A program made the translations under genes and the position numbers. A DNA stretch of 63,975 bases, counting the filler, from Choristocarpus tenellus KU-1152 (taxonomy: Eukaryota; Protista; Phaeophyceae): NCBI GenBank assembly GCA_964200185.2. It is 8 parts of 8 records of this genome, joined end to end, with 100 filler letters (N's around TTAATTAATTAA, not from the genome) between each part and the next. Parts side by side here need not be neighbours in the genome. Positions count along the whole stretch, not along the records: positions 8,929 to 26,134 come from CAXNAD020000702.1; 7 more parts are not named here. One strand, written 5' to 3'. The notes beneath the pieces are model-generated. The model did not search any database. It saw nothing but the letters and a program-made list of their open reading frames with translations, and had not been told where the DNA came from. Below are positions 11,539 to 26,134 of the stretch, in pieces (the stretch's first letter is position 1; each line of letters starts with the position of its first letter).

Positions 11539-14500
11539 CATAGCATACATTATTTTTCATTGTCTACCGCGAACACTGTCTCGCTGGTTGCTCCCGTTGT
11601 TACTTTGGGTGCAGCTTAAACGCAAAGGAGGAAAATAAGAAAAGCTCCTGCATAGCTAGAGCAGCGTACAAGAGAGAGATACAAGGTAGAAAAATGCTTA
11701 GCAACTTATCCAATGCTCCCATCTAGTCCGGGAATGGGGAAGAGCACCGTGTCACTCGAGTTAGAGCCCGAGATTGATTATATGCTTGGTAGGGGGTGTT
11801 GGGGATCAACACCTTTCCACAGGCCACACTCAGACACTTAACAACCACGGCCGATGCGCCCCACCCCCGCATAATAATGACTGAGTATTTTGACTGCACC
11901 CATTTCTAGAGTCACACCACAGGATGCACCCGGTCCATTGCACGAAAGGTGACCTCAGTCTCGTCAGTTAGATATATACATATATATATTTTTTCTTGAA
12001 GAGGATTGCCAGATAGGTGAAAAAGGAGACCACAATGTTGGGTCTCAAGATAGTATTCGAGGTCTTCGTGCACGGAAAAGGCAGCAGGGCTGCATGGGAC
12101 AAGATAACATGGTCAAATGGCGTGATATCACCGTCAGGTCACGGTATGTACGACCCGCGCTGCTACTACTAGTAGTGTACTAACTCCTGCGGTGGGAGTG
12201 TGTGCAACAACCTCATTGCAAGAAGTTCGGCCTCGGCTGTTTCAAAACGAATGTCAAGCGAACACTCAAGCAAGGCTTACACTCAAGCAAGGCTATGGCT
12301 AATATCATACCCCTTTCCCACGGACAAGTCGGCACACCGTCGCTTGTACAGCAACGGTTTTGCCACTTCTTTTTTCTTTTCGGAAAAATGTTCCCAAGGG
12401 TTCAGCTCGTTGAGGGGAGGCTTACTGGACACGCTTTGTGTCCTTTCGAGTTTTCCTCCCAAAGCAGGACCCAACTTTTTCCAGGTGCTAAGCCGAACGG
12501 CGGCAGAGGGGTTGATTTTTCCACCGCCGCTACTGAGGACGAATTGTTTAGCAGTACTTTGTTATCTTGTCACTGGTGGCTGCAGTCTTTTTGCGTTCTC
12601 GAATTCCTCCGGCACAATCCTGAGATCGTGAGACCTCTTTTGATGCTTATCCCTCCAGTCCTACTTTATGAAACCCTCTCCTAGGGCTGGCTTCACCTTC
12701 AGGGCAAATGGGTGTGGGATGCCACAAGATTGTGAACGCGTTACACTGCTGCAATCGACTCGGGAAGTGAAGGCCAGGCCGTACACAGCCTGTTGTGATT
12801 TGAGCTTAGTTGTCTCCTCGTGGTCACCATCACTGCCTCTTCCCCTGACAACCTTTCTGTGTCATCCTCGTAGAGGTAAACAAGGTCGCTCCCTTGTGAG
12901 CAAATTAAAAGCAAGAATGTACTTTAGAGGCATCTTTGTGTGCGTGTTGGCATTGAAGTGCAAGCTGACGACTTACCTTCTCCAAGCTTTCCTTTTCCAT
13001 TTTCCAGTCCATCTGGCTCTTCCTCGGCTCTACGCAGTGTGGATTCCCTTTCCAATCGACCTGTCATATGTGAATTTATAAGTAGGCCATAGGTGTGATT
13101 GCATTAATAGAGTACCTACCCCATCTGGGAAGCACGTATGTATGTGAAGGTATTTATGAACACATGATGTAGATGTGTTTATATGCACATACATGCATGC
13201 TCTTATTATGTGTATCTCACACGACACTTCATCTCCAGGAAGAGAGGAAACATCTTTGATTAGACGAACCACTGAAATGCTATGAAGTGGGGACCTATTA
13301 TGGGGTTCCTACTCCAAGTATATTGCACTGGTACCAACTGTAGAGGTAATTCAAAATAAGAGTGAAACCCAGTTGTGTTTGACCCTGAAAAATGATCATT
13401 TTATCAGGCTGTTGCTGTTACGGCATACCATACATATATAAACCCCAGAATGCGTGCAGATAGCATTAGTCATAAGGGCGAGGCGAATCTTACGCAGAGC
13501 AAAACAGGTGTAGGGAGTGGGAGGCACGACCACATTGCACATGTTTAGAACCATCTGAGGTATTCATTGTGTCTCCCAGACAACCTGGTATTGAGTTGAT
13601 GACATCACCCCACGCCACTGTAGGTGAGCAGTATTTCGAACAAATATCATGAGTAGTGTTTCGTGTGCTTGCCACAGAGGAACTCCCACCTTGACTGCTC
13701 GTGTGTTATCAGCTGGTACTGGTATGGGCAAGAGCAAGCACATCTTGGCTGGATATCAAGAATGGCAAGGGTAGATAGATAGTCACACCGCTTTCGAGAA
13801 CAACCTGAAGAATGTGTTACTGTACGATCCGCTAACTTCTATCTACGACTCTCAAGCGTCCTATTCTTACTCTGTCGTCCAAGACCCCACGGCATGTTGG
13901 ACAAACGGGGCATGCAGCAAGAAAGCAGACCTCATATCGACACACAATTGGTACTGAGATTTGTTTTTTAGAAGATCCAAGTAGAGGCGCCGTGACATTC
14001 CCAAAACGAGAGTAGTTGGTTTATCTTTTGTTGCTGTGATTCTCATGCAGTCAGTCAATCCCCTTTGCTTTTTCAGTGGTAATTTTTTTGTTTTGTTTCT
14101 TCCTTTCACAGCATTGTTACGTGCATTTCAAAATAATGCTATGTATGTATGTGCCTATCAAACTGCATGTATGACCACGATGCTGATACATACACTGAGT
14201 ACCTCGAACACCATTCAGAACACTGGTTATCTGTTCCGATTGAACACTTTACGAGGGTCAAAATCCAACCGATCGTACCAATCAAATGTTGGCATAGAGT
14301 TGCTGAGCATCCTTCACGTTGTCCAGTTTGGGACGTTATTTCTTTATACATTAGGATATCAATGACCACTAGCAGAGATAGTGAACGTTTTCCCGAGTAT
14401 AGGTTCGTTCTTATTACCTAATGCTAATCATAAGCATACGTATAGAGCAAAGTAGACACTCTATACATGTTAAAATCTCCCTTGATTAGTGCAAACTCCG

Positions 14501-16196
14501 GAGGGGCACACAGAGAACATTTTGCTATGGTGATTTCGTGTAATAATGCCACAATGAAACTGCATTAAAGTAAATTGTTAAGATGTACTTAAGGGATTGT
14601 CTGGCCTGTTTTCCAAAGGAGAGATGGAAAACAACGCCACCTTGCGGGATTGCTAGTCTTGCAGAAGGAGTTCTTCCATTCCGAGTATCCATGGAAAGTA
14701 AGTTGGTAGGGTTTTTTGGTTTAGCAACCCACTCTATCCATATGCAGACTTGTCCTGGATGACGAAAGGAAGTAACAAGATTCAGAGAACAACCGAAATT
14801 ATACGTACTCACTAATAATGATATCTTACCACCGGACGAATCAGGGTGGTGGGGGGTGGTGATCACCGTCGGGTTCCTCGTGAAAAGCAGACCCTTTTGG
14901 GCATTTCAATGCAAGCAATCCGCCGAGCACAGCCCTAGCAAGGGTCAAAACGGATAGGCCTTCCATCTGGTATTTGATACAATCTGTTAGGTGAACGTGA
15001 TTTGCTACAGCACATTGACAACAGTCTGCAACACGGCTTCGCCCCCTCCGTTACCTAGAGCAACTTTCTTTTAGCAAGGGTACACATCACCACGGTCTTT
15101 CCAAAAACATTATTTTTGAAATATGCTAAGTAATGTGACAATCTGCCACACTTGCTAGAATGATGGTGTTTTAGAGTACCTAGTTGTAGTATTACACCTA
15201 CTCACTAAAAAGGTGTCCTATGCAGGTCCATTGAATAGGTATTTTGGTAAGTATTGAGAGGCAGTTCACTTGGCACTCTCCCCCTTACCCATTATCTCTG
15301 CTCTGGACTGACTCTGTTGGTACGAGAGCACTGTCTGTACTCTGGAATGTTCTCAAGAATCTCCAGAGTAACTGGAACAGCAAAGAGCTTAGCTTGACTG
15401 AAAATGAGTCAAAATTTCTGGTTGCTTTTAGAAATCTGAAAGGTCAGTAGTCCTCTTGTGGTTGGTAGGATCAATGTTTACCTTGACTAGAGAAGATGAA
15501 CTTCTGCAACAATGATCAGTGAGTAAGTCGAAACAACCAACAACATGAGCCCTGTCTTCACCGGCCAGCTCAAGAATTGACTGAACTAAAACGGTACAAT
15601 ATACTCCCACTGCTGTATTTGTGGGTTGACTTCTTCATGAATAAATGCTTATCATTGAAGAGTCTACTTACTTCTGCCACTGAGATGATGTTACTCCTGG
15701 CCAACCAGGTCGCAAATGATCTTATGAGGTTCATGAGCAAATCGTGGGACCCCTATTTGTAGGCTATTGGAATTATGATGGTGTGGTTTAGCTCTCTGAT
15801 GAGGAGGCCTCAATAGACAAAGCAATAATACCAGGTGGTTGAATCCATAGCTCTACAGCACACTCTGTATCTGCTGCATTTGCTCTGTGCTTTGTGTGTG
15901 TGCATTGCCCCAAACGTGCTGCAACTGAAGCTCTAATATTGACCCATTGATCACATTAAATAGATAATGTTGTTGCCATATACCCCTAGAATATGTGCCA
16001 CTATCTCTTCTGACGGCTCACTTCATGCTTCTGTTCACGGGACAAAGTAGGGTACTACTGTCTATCGTTCAGAAAGTATCATCGAGAAGAGTGGAGTGTC
16101 CAACCCAATCAGTATTGACTGTGCTGTATGGGTAAAATACTAGCAAAACTTGTGACTGCACTATCAAAGGCTAAGTATTTCCTTAGCGAACACCAA

Positions 16197-16198
<2 letters not shown>

Positions 16199-16249
<51 letters not shown>

Positions 16250-16280
16250 ACCTCTACCTCTACCTCTACCTCTCTCCCTC
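16199..16280. repeat. (CT)n microsatellite followed by (CTCTAC)n
   Basis: About 22 CT units then about 4 CTCTAC units. Confidence 0.95.
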
Positions 16281-16974
16281 TCTTCTATCTTCAAATAATA
16301 TAATATCACCCAGCATGTGGTGATTCTGAGTGCAGAACCCATGCAACCACACATGATGTGTGTGTGTGTATGCAGCACAGTGAATTGTTGCTGATGCTAT
16401 TGAACTATTGCATTCAAACATATTGGTGGGAGATAGAGAACCAGAAGGCGCCTATTAGAAAATAGGAGGCTATGCTACAGTTTTTTGTGCAATAATTTTC
16501 GGCAGGAACAGGGTATGGTACAGGTTGCCCCTTGGACAGTGCTTGGATGAAAATATGAGGGAAGTTGAAATTGTGTTGAGCTTTGTTTACATTTACAAAG
16601 TGGTTTTGTTTTGTCAACCCAGTCCTGCACATTGAGGGTGGTAAAAATAAACACAAAAGCACAAGAATGAAGTGCAATATATGCTTGATGAGAGGGTAGG
16701 TGAGTTTCTTTTTGTTATTTAATTATAGAGTATGTGCTTTGGATAAAGATTTTTTTACTCCTGATGGGAGGTTCATCAGGAAAGTAAGAATGATATTTAA
16801 AACACAATTATTTTCCTTCTACTTCTTGGCAAACTCAGGAAGACCTGAGGAAAACCCTCAAATGGATAGGTGGATGAGGCACTACATTGCTGTAAGATGA
16901 TCAATATCCCGATTTTACTATTATAAATGAGGAGCTCTAGCTGAGATCAGCTTCGACAAATTTGTATTACTTTT

Positions 16975-17316
16975 GAGTCAAATTATCTTAGGGGTTCGAG
17001 ACGCGTCCGTTTGGTGGCCAAAATCCAATGTTGCTGTATTTTGATGTAATTTTGCAGTGAAAGTATCTTAGAGGGTACGAGTTTTTCCCTGTTTGTCCAT
17101 TTGGGGCTTGGCTTCCCATGGGGTTTTTGTGATATTTCTCCTACTACTCCGAAATGTTTCGGAGTAGGTAATATGTATATGTTATGAAATGGTGTGTCCG
17201 GAACAAGGATACTGACACTTCCTAACAAATACGACGGATAAAATTATATGGAAATCGCAACATTGGATTTCGGCCCCCGAATGGACGCGGCCCTACCCTC
17301 TAAGATACTTTGACTC
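16975..17316 (+). mobile_element. Composite MITE A: reverse fragment (16975-17054) abutting a full copy (17055-17316)
   Basis: GAGTCAAATTATCTTAGGGG...GATGTAATTTTG then CAGTGAAAGTATCTTAGAGGGTA...TACCCTCTAAGATACTTTGACTC. Confidence 0.9.
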
Positions 17317-17424
17317 GTACCCAATTCCATGTGGGATGTTGGCCAACCATCTATAGATTTGTTTCACCCTTCTGATATGGCAACGAGAATTTGTTGTATT
17401 GATAGTAAATTGCAAGACAAGAAA

Positions 17425-17603
17425 GACCCAAAGTATCTGAGGGGTGGGGGGGGTCTACACTAGGGTGTCCAATTGGGACATAACAAGGAAAAGTGCACTT
17501 ACAATATCCATCCGACGTATGCATCCAAATCATCCAAAAATCGCGACATGGAAAAAATTGGCCCCAAATGGACAGCCGCCACCCCCCCCAGATACTTTGA
17601 GCC
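17425..17603 (+). mobile_element. MITE family B (~180 bp, G/C-run TIRs)
   Basis: GACCCAAAGTATCTGAGGGG...CCCCCCCAGATACTTTGAGCC. Homologous to 53412-53590; fragments at 8929-8992, 26235-26317, 37671-37772, 45250-45303, 56313-56335. Confidence 0.88.
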
Positions 17604-17868
17604 AAAACTAAGTAATAATATGATAGTAAAATAGAAAACCTACTAATCATGCTGCTTTCTTCTTCACTATCTTTCGAGGACTACGTGTCTGCGACCCCAT
17701 GGAGGAATGTAAAGATTAACAAGTATTTTATCAGTAGAAACAATATGGATATTTGAATATTATCATATTTTTTTCAGTGTTCAATCATTTTGTTCATTTT
17801 TCTGGCTATATGGAAAACAATGAAACCGTCTTTCTCCAATCCCCACTCAACAACGAAGACCCCAGCGC

Positions 17869-20800
17869 ATGGACACAGGACAGATAACGTTGGGCGTGGG
17901 CGCCGTTAATCTGCGCTTCAAAACACCCCCAGGAGATGCCAGAGAGATCTTTTTCAAGTGCTCATTCGATGGCAGAGCTGAGTCATTATTTCAGTCCGCC
18001 AAATTTCAGAGTGAAGGCTCTTCCATCCACCTGCAATCAGAGTCCGTAGTTCTCCCTTCATCGGACTCTCTCTCGGACGCTTGCGTCGTCACTGTAGAAG
18101 GGGGGTTCCAATGGATTTCCACGAAGTTTGAACTTAACGATGGTGAGCTCTCCAAGGTTGCCACTTCGGCGACAACCTTGGAGGTGTGGATTAGGGGAGT
18201 GGGCAAGGACGAGGAAGACACGCTTCTGGGAAGCTGCAGCATTCAGCTTTTCAGCGTTCTCCAGGGTCGTAATGAATGCTCTAGTATATTGCCTTTAGGG
18301 TGCTATGTGCAACCACCCGCGATTGCTGCGAGTGAGCCGCAGGAAACTGATGAAAGCGAATCAGGGAGGCAAGTTCAGAGGGAAGAAGATCAAGCAGAAG
18401 AGACAGAACAAGAAGGTGGCGGTGACAATGATGGCGCCTCTGATACCAAACTCTTGCCTGACAATAAGATAGAGGTAGTGGACGAGTCACCTGGACTACT
18501 ACAAGTACAGGGCTCAACATCGACAATGCAAGTGACTCTCCTCACGGACGACGACACCGCGGATTATACAGTTGGAGGTACACTGGTGTGGACAGAGAGC
18601 GCCAGGGTGACAGGATTGCCAGAGGCGTGGAAATTTTCTCCTAATCCAGAGACAGAACGCTCCGAATGGCAGGAGAAAATCGCAGAGAAGCTAGCTGGTG
18701 AGGACAACAAATAAACCAGTCCAGCTCCCTTTTCCCCTGGGCATGTTTGGCCCTGGTGACATTACGCCTTCTGGATAAACATACGAAGCACGGATGGAGA
18801 TATGCCCACCGGTTGCACACGTCATGAGCATCACCTTGCCGTCGTTGATTTAGTGAAAGAATATCCTTTACACTTGCACAGTGCATCGATCTCTTTGAAT
18901 AAATATTAACCCGTAAATATATATGTGCATTGCCTCTCTCAATATGACCTGGTAGGAGCACCCATGCACAAGTACACGCTATCATGGCCTGTGGAGCGGC
19001 CAGTAAAGGAAACAGTACAGCAGAACAACACTCAACCCTCGATTGCGTGTTCAGGTCTTGGATTCCCTTTCATGCAACTCAACAGAGGGGCCCTCAGGTT
19101 AGAAGGACAAATATCCATCTGACAACCTCGCACACAGGGCACTCCATACATCACTCTTAGCCTGGTGAGCCATTCGCCTAAACAAGCTCTGTTGCCAGCC
19201 TTGATGCAGTCTCATCCTTGCTCTTGCTCACGTCTGCAGCACTCTAAATACCAGAGACCCATGTCTTTCCTACCCCTTACATTCCTTGCAAACCCCAGCT
19301 ACAAGCCAGACCTGGACCCAGAGAACGAGAAAAAGGCGTCTGTGGCATCACTCTCAAGTGGAAGCGAGCTTGAGGCAGGTGGAGAAGAGGGTGAAGAATC
19401 CACCCCTCTACCACCCCCGGGTGGTACATGGTCCATCGTGTTCCCTGCCAATAAGTCTTTAGGAGTGTTCCTCCACCGCAATGCAGTGCGAGATTTGCGT
19501 CAAGCCCTTCTCACAGCCCGTGACATGGCTGATGATAATAATATTGAGGGTAGGGATGGAAACAAGCGGAGGAATGCTGCACTTCTTCCTGTTCTCTTGG
19601 AACGATATCCATGCCCTCCTCCTCCCATGGAAGGTGAGCCCAAGGCAAAGAAGGGGAAGAAGGCGGGCGACAAGACTGCCTTGCAGGCAGAGACACCACA
19701 GGACAAGCCATGGGTATCAGTAGCATGGATTGACATATCGGTACTTGTGGGGAGCAACGGAGAAGAAAATGGGCCCATGGATGCAGATCTTGACTCACTG
19801 TTGGTTCCTATTAATGCGGAGCAACAAGAGGTAAGCTAATGGGTGGATGAGTTTCATCAAAGGAATCTGAGGCACGCACTGGAAAATAGGAGGAGTTTGT
19901 TGTGTCAACCAAACATTGACATGGGGGTGATGCAAGCATTAATGGACAAGTTCAACGTATCATGCAACATGATACTTGTAGTAACTAGAAGGTATGGTGG
20001 GGTATGCCTCAGAAAAACAAAGCAAATGCCTTGTCACAGGATAGAGCCATATGAGCACTGATATGATGTTACTCCCTTGGTGGCATGACCTTCCAGCAAT
20101 GTTCCCTATTTCCTTGCATATCCAAATATATCCATACACAGTTGACATTTCAGGATGTAGTTCCAAAAATATATTAAAGTGTGGTCATACTCAGTAGCCC
20201 TGGATTCGTATGTTCAGATTGGATCCAAGACAAAGTGGATCATCATGCACTTCTAACTAATTTATTTGATCAAATCCAAATTTCTTGTGTGGTTAGAGTG
20301 AACTCCTGTGTGAGATGAGACTGTAAAGTAATTTCAATGGAGTAAGCATAAGAAAGACAAAAACTGCATTTCTTAAAAATATATTAGACACAGTTGTCCA
20401 CACACTAACTCATCCTGACTCAATCACCACACTATCCAGCCCTCCTTTCCTCCAATGTTTACATGATGTTGTCCATCTGAAGTCTCTCAGCAACAATGGG
20501 ACTAATAATGGAGAAGTAAAGGCAGAAGAGCTAGGGGATCAAATAGAGCAGGTGATATAAACAGACAGGTTGTCTACCACGGAAGGGGTCGTCCCTGAAA
20601 TATGCTCCACGTTATTTTATGTAAATGGTATTAGGGTAGGTTCTGCTGTTTCACTTAATGCTACTCTACAAGCTACAAGAGTTGCTGCACTCGTAAGAAC
20701 ACTCACACACAAGTTCAGGCGAATACAGGGGGATGATTCTACCTTCAGGAAATATTCAGTTTTGTTCATCTCCTCTGTTACACCCAAACCTAGACACTCA

Positions 20801-23800
20801 TAACTTCTGCCATACATGTTTACACACTCGCAGATGGCTGCCTCTGGTACAACCCTTGAGCTGCCCTTGCGCCTCACGCGGCCTTTGTTTCAAGCACCAG
20901 TGAGGCAGGAGAAGGGTATGTCTGTGAACGAGATATTTGTGCCCAAGGATATGGGACCCAGGTCAGCTTAAACTTATTAACCAGCCAAGATGTGTCTCAT
21001 GCGAAATTATGAGGTGTTAGATAGATGTCCTTGAAGGCATAAGGGGTGGTATCTTCAATTTGATTACAGCCAAACTACTGATACCTACTCGGGGCTTGAA
21101 AATAGATATGTCATGTAGACGCACCATATGCGAAAGTCCCTCCACACTCAGTCTATCTTTCTTTGGTGTCTTGAGTGCCAATTCTGACTGCATAGACTCA
21201 AGTGTGTGGGCAGGGGCGTTGAATACACAAGCTGGTAATGATTTTTGACTCTATAATCCCCCCACCAGATTTCAATGCACATGCTTGCTTGCTCAGGAAA
21301 ATGAAAATGGACCTACTTTCCAGATGAGAAAAATGTCACCAACTTATAAATTTCTTCCGCTGGTCAAGCTCTACGGCAGGAGCCCAGTCGTTTTACTGGG
21401 GTTAACACCAGAAAGAGAGTTAATACCAACACAGCATGCAATCCTTCCAAGCTTTCCCCACCTCGTTAGTCCCACCTGTATACCTGTTCTTCTTCATCGC
21501 TTCAATTCAGATAGCTTTCTTCCCTGGATAAAAATGTGTATCAAAACAGCATTATCACCCCTGTGTGCTGTGCATGATATCCCTTCCTCTTCCCCTGCCT
21601 GTATTCCTTGTGTCACTCCTTTGGTGATTGTCCCCCCTGCCCTCATCCACTTGATTTTGTGGGGTGGAGTGAGTAGAAAGCCTTCACGGGATGCAGAGAA
21701 GGAACTGAAAGAAGAAATAGATGCGTTCATCACCGCAATTCTTCACGAATACACCAAGCTGTTCATGTCGCCAGGGAAGGAGGTTAGTCAAAAGGACTGA
21801 ACTGGAGGAGGAAGGAGGAAGGATGCAATTGTCTGAGGGCTTCAGAAGCAGCCCTGATTGATTGCCCCCATGGTAGAGTAAGAGGGGGACTGCAGTGTAG
21901 ACATGCTACTACCCCTACTGGCATAATACATTCCTACATCTCCACTATGCTGTCCTTCCCTTGTCATAAAGAAGGACCACCAATACATTTGATGTATGCT
22001 GGAGTTCGGACCAGTTGAATGAAGCCGCGCACTACAAAAATATGGTTTTGCTATACCTCATCCCCTCTAGGCCAAGTCAAGTGATGATGGCTTTTGAAAG
22101 AAAGCCACACTTTCCCCTGATGCATACCACGACACCTGGTATGATCCATTAATCTCTACAGGCTGCAAATTTGTATATCTGTGTGTGTGGATTTGCCTCA
22201 CTACACAGTTCCCCTTTAATATGATATGTCCAATACCAGTATATCTTTCCAATAGTGACCACAATGATTATGGTATTGAATCAAGCCAGACAGAGGAAAA
22301 TACTGCTATGGAGCGCCAGAAGCGGTTGTTCTACACTCTCAACACTGGAGGAGTGTATCACTCCTTCAGGGAGCGCCTCAAGCCACGTATTCAGAGGGTT
22401 GTGAAGAAAATGTTTGGGGCGGCACCCACTCCAGGGGGGCACGAGTCTGATGACTTTGTAGCAAAACTTTATGCCTACCTTGTGGAGCAGGCCACCATCG
22501 TCCTGAACCAGAAGATCAGGTCCGGTATAATTTCTGATTCTCATATTTCCTGCCCTTATCCAGGTCTTAGCACACAATAAGTGTTGAACTGCAATGTTTG
22601 GGTAAGGTTGTGGGTTGAAGGTGTCTCCTCTTAATTGCAGCCAGAAAATATGCTCTTAGTTGAGTCCTTTACTATTTAAATTTGTCACCATCTCCTTCCC
22701 CATCTTCCCCACCCTTCCCCATGTCTTCAAAACGCATTATTCTATCTGGTTGTTGGGGGAAATGCTTGATAGGGACATTGAGGCCAAGGCCACCTCTGAA
22801 TATCTCCCTAGAGATGAGAAAGGGACTTTGGAAGAGAGAGTGGAGGAGCTCGAGATGTTAGCTATGGACGCTGAAGCACAGGGCAGCTCTGAGGAGGCAA
22901 GGGCAAGGCACGAGGACCGCATCGAGGCTGCCACTGCTGTGGCCAACATTCGTCAAGGTACAGTGCCACTAAGGATCAACGTAGAGGACACATTATTTAA
23001 GATGAAAAAATGTGAGAAGAGTGGATATAGAGTGCATCAAAAGGTGGGAAGTCAGAGTGAAGGTGGCATGGGCGCGAGTAGGGAGTAACAATGACCTCCA
23101 GGGACAAGGGTGTACAACGATCTAAGATCGAAAACTAGGTCTTCAATGAAACCCCTTAAGTTTTGTGTTTGGGAGTCATGTAAGGGGAAAACCCTTGTCG
23201 ATTCCCCATTACACCACCTCCTGCAACATCAAATGACAAAGGCACTGACCCTAGGTACCCCCGCATGTTTTCTTGATCCAAACTCAACATTTTAACCGTA
23301 TCAAAGAGGGGAAGCTCTTGGTGGAGTTGTCGTGGGAGGACTACGCACACTATTCGCTACGCAATGGGACCTTGGACCGCGCAGTTTTGTGCTTTGAGGA
23401 ATCGTTATCTGTGTCCTGCCCCGGATCTGACAGTCAGCTGGATAGGATGGCTCGCCTAGCGGCAGTGTTCCTTGAGATTGGACAGTTTGAGAAGGCCAGG
23501 ACTCTTCTCGAAGAAGTCCAAGACAAGCGACTTCCTGAGGTGGAGGTAGGGGAAGAAGGGTGAGTCATCTTGTACCAGGAGCTACTGTGTTCTTCAATCC
23601 TGTGCTGCATGGAACAAACATAACGTATAGTTGGAGACAAGCAGTTAGTCCTACAGGAGATGGAGTACTTTCCCCCATTCAATTTTTCCTAAGAGTTGAC
23701 AGGCTTGAAGTATGCCCCCTGTTGCGCATCCCTCCTGAAGTTTTGCATATTGCAGTTATGTGTTCCTGTTTTATGTGTTGTATTTGCTAACATGGCTGTT

Positions 23801-25834
23801 GAAGTGAGTAGCACATCACCCTATATATCGTTCTCTTCTCACACCTCAATGAAATTTCCCGAAAATTTCTCAATAGTGTTGGAGAGTGTCTAGGGTGGGC
23901 TTGTTACCTGCCTTTGAGATACTACCTCTCCCTTCAAGTAATCATTGACGTGCGTATTGTGCAAGTTGAAAAAACATTATTTCAACTAACTGTTAGGGGG
24001 ATGGGTACAGGATTTCCAAGACAGGAAGGAAGCAACTACTACAAAATTGAGCCAAACTGTGAAGTGTGCCTGGGTTAAGATGATAGAGGGGGTGTGATAT
24101 GTTGTAAGACAAATGCATCCCATTGACTTAATGTGCAATGAAAGCTATTCCATTGGTGCAGATGCTTGAATCTTGCACCGTGTCCCCTGACCGTGAGCAT
24201 TAAGGCTGAAAAGAAAAAAAGTATTTCAATAACTGTTCCTAATATCTCAAAAATTATCTACTCCAAACTTGATCGTCCTGAAGTTAAATTCTCTTCAAAT
24301 TGTGCTCAATCTTCACCATAGAGGTTTCTTTCCAATTTTTCTGAAAGAAAGTATTGACTAGGGTCAGATGTGGTACAGTTTTTGTTGTTGTTGTGGTAGA
24401 GCATGCATAAGAGATGGGGGAGACAGAAGTGCACTATTTACATTGACTGAACCTTGAACAGGAGAAGACAACAAAACAAGCCAGCAGTTTCTTCACATCT
24501 TTACGGATTCTTCCCACCTCACGCCATACCTCAAATATCGAGAAACTTCGCCAAGTACGAGCAAGCAAAGCACCTTCAACGTTTCTATCCCTTCTGTCAC
24601 CCCTGAGCTGTGCTGTGTATTCCTGAGTGCTTGGAATTATTCTATGTTTTCGCCCACGCTCATTTAGTGCCTCCAACTGCCACCTTTCTGTTGTCCACTC
24701 CTAGTGTAGTTTCCATTGCAATATGAAAAATCCACCTAAGTTGGATCCGTCCCCCCACACCCGTGGGTCAGTCCTCACACCACCAAACGATGGCGGAATT
24801 TCTTTCAGGTACAATACAGATCAGCTTTCAAAGTTTGTTCCCTCAAGGGTCCATGCACTGTGCTGCTTGTTACGGGACGTCAATGGTGAGGCGCAGGGAG
24901 CCCGTCGAAGTCTTTACCTTGGGGTAGCTGCCATGCGAAAGGAAGAGAGGGAAAATGGAGGTGATGTCGTCCACCCCCCTTTACCCTCCTTTGGGATACC
25001 CCTAAGCAAGACGAGATGTTCTACAGGAAAAGTTGAACTCCAGGACAAATCTTTGGGAAAGCATCAACAACGGTGCATGCATATGGCACAAATGACTTAA
25101 TCAGTCCTCCATACCTACAACATTATTCTCTTGACCTTTGATGTATATTGATGTTGTCCAGTGGAGGTGGAGGAGAGGAAAAGTGGCGCCCCTCGACGAA
25201 CAGCAGTGTATCTGATGCACAATCTGTGCACCTGGCTACTGGAGCTTCGGCTTGTGAAGATGGCTCGAAGAGCTTACAACGTGGCAGAGGAAAGCGAGCG
25301 AGTGACCATTAGGAAGGCACAGGTAAAGACCTGTCATCTGCGTATGAATTGCCCACATTGGGGAGTATGCAAATAAATATTCAGTGTTGAGTTCGAGGCC
25401 GTCAGGGCTACATAGCCGTTCTTCCACCAGTCCTCTTGCAAGAAAATTCATGTTTTGTTTGAGTTTGTGTTGTTAGGCAACCTGACGTTGGAGGTTAAAC
25501 TCTGTTTTCATGTCGTTCTATTACCCATATCAAGCATCTCTAGCTACTGCCTCTACGACCCTCCACCTCTTAGCCCTCTAATCTAGCACGCCATCATTGA
25601 TGTGAAATGCTTCCTCCTCTAATCTTCGTAATCCTTTTCCCTCCCAGGAACGTGGGTTGCCCACGAGAACTCCCACCTCTTTACGAGAGTCATCAAGGCG
25701 CCTCCGCTGCCTGCTGACTATTGCTGAGGGAGGGGTCATTGAGGAGGCCGAGGCTCTTGCGCTGGAAGCTACAGAGTTGTTGCCTGAAGATCCCCGACCC
25801 TGGCAGGCATTAGCGGAGGCATTTGACGCGCAAG
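17869..25834 (+). CDS. CFAP70: Cilia- and flagella-associated protein 70 (TTC18), TPR protein; 12 exons, 3'-partial
   Basis: Exons 17869-18697, 18956-19097, 19299-19830, 20483-20551, 20834-20961, 21677-21782, 22290-22519, 22773-22957, 23307-23559, 24809-24960, 25162-25322, 25648-25834, all GT-AG with matching phases. ERQKRLFYTLNTGGVYHSFRERLKPRIQRVV...FVAKLYAYLVEQATIVLN, LAMDAEAQG...ARHEDRI and WEDYAHYSLRNGTLDRAVLCFEESLS resemble conserved CFAP70 blocks. Gene runs off the contig. Confidence 0.88.
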
Positions 25835-25998
25835 GTCTGAATAAACATGTCCAGGATGGAGGGGTTTAGACTGGTCACTGTTGAGTGGAAAACAACTTGT
25901 TCTCTTTGCAACATTAACACCATATACAACAGGGCTTGAAGGAGTTGCATGTAGAGGAAACTTATGTTAAGAACACACACAGAAAATACCTTGGTAAT

Positions 25999-26134
25999 GA
26001 GTGAAAGTATCTTAGAGGGTGCGAGTTTTGCCCTGTTTGTCCATTTGGGGCTTGGCTTCCCGTGTTTTTTTTATGATATTTTCCTTCTCCAAAAGATTTC
26101 GGAGTAGGTAAAATATATGGATTATGGAATGGTG
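25999..26134 (+). mobile_element. MITE family A copy in CFAP70 intron, cut by contig end
   Basis: Starts GAGTGAAAGTATCTTAGAGGGTG. Confidence 0.9.

Noticed and set aside
12200-14900. ORFs of 137-160 aa at 12200-13081 and fragments to 14900 as host genes
   Set aside because: No recognisable motif or consistent splice structure; more likely antisense to decayed retroelement sequence, which I could not assign.
16109-16378. ER/GR-repeat protein ORF
   Set aside because: It is the translation of the (CT)n and (CTCTAC)n microsatellite.
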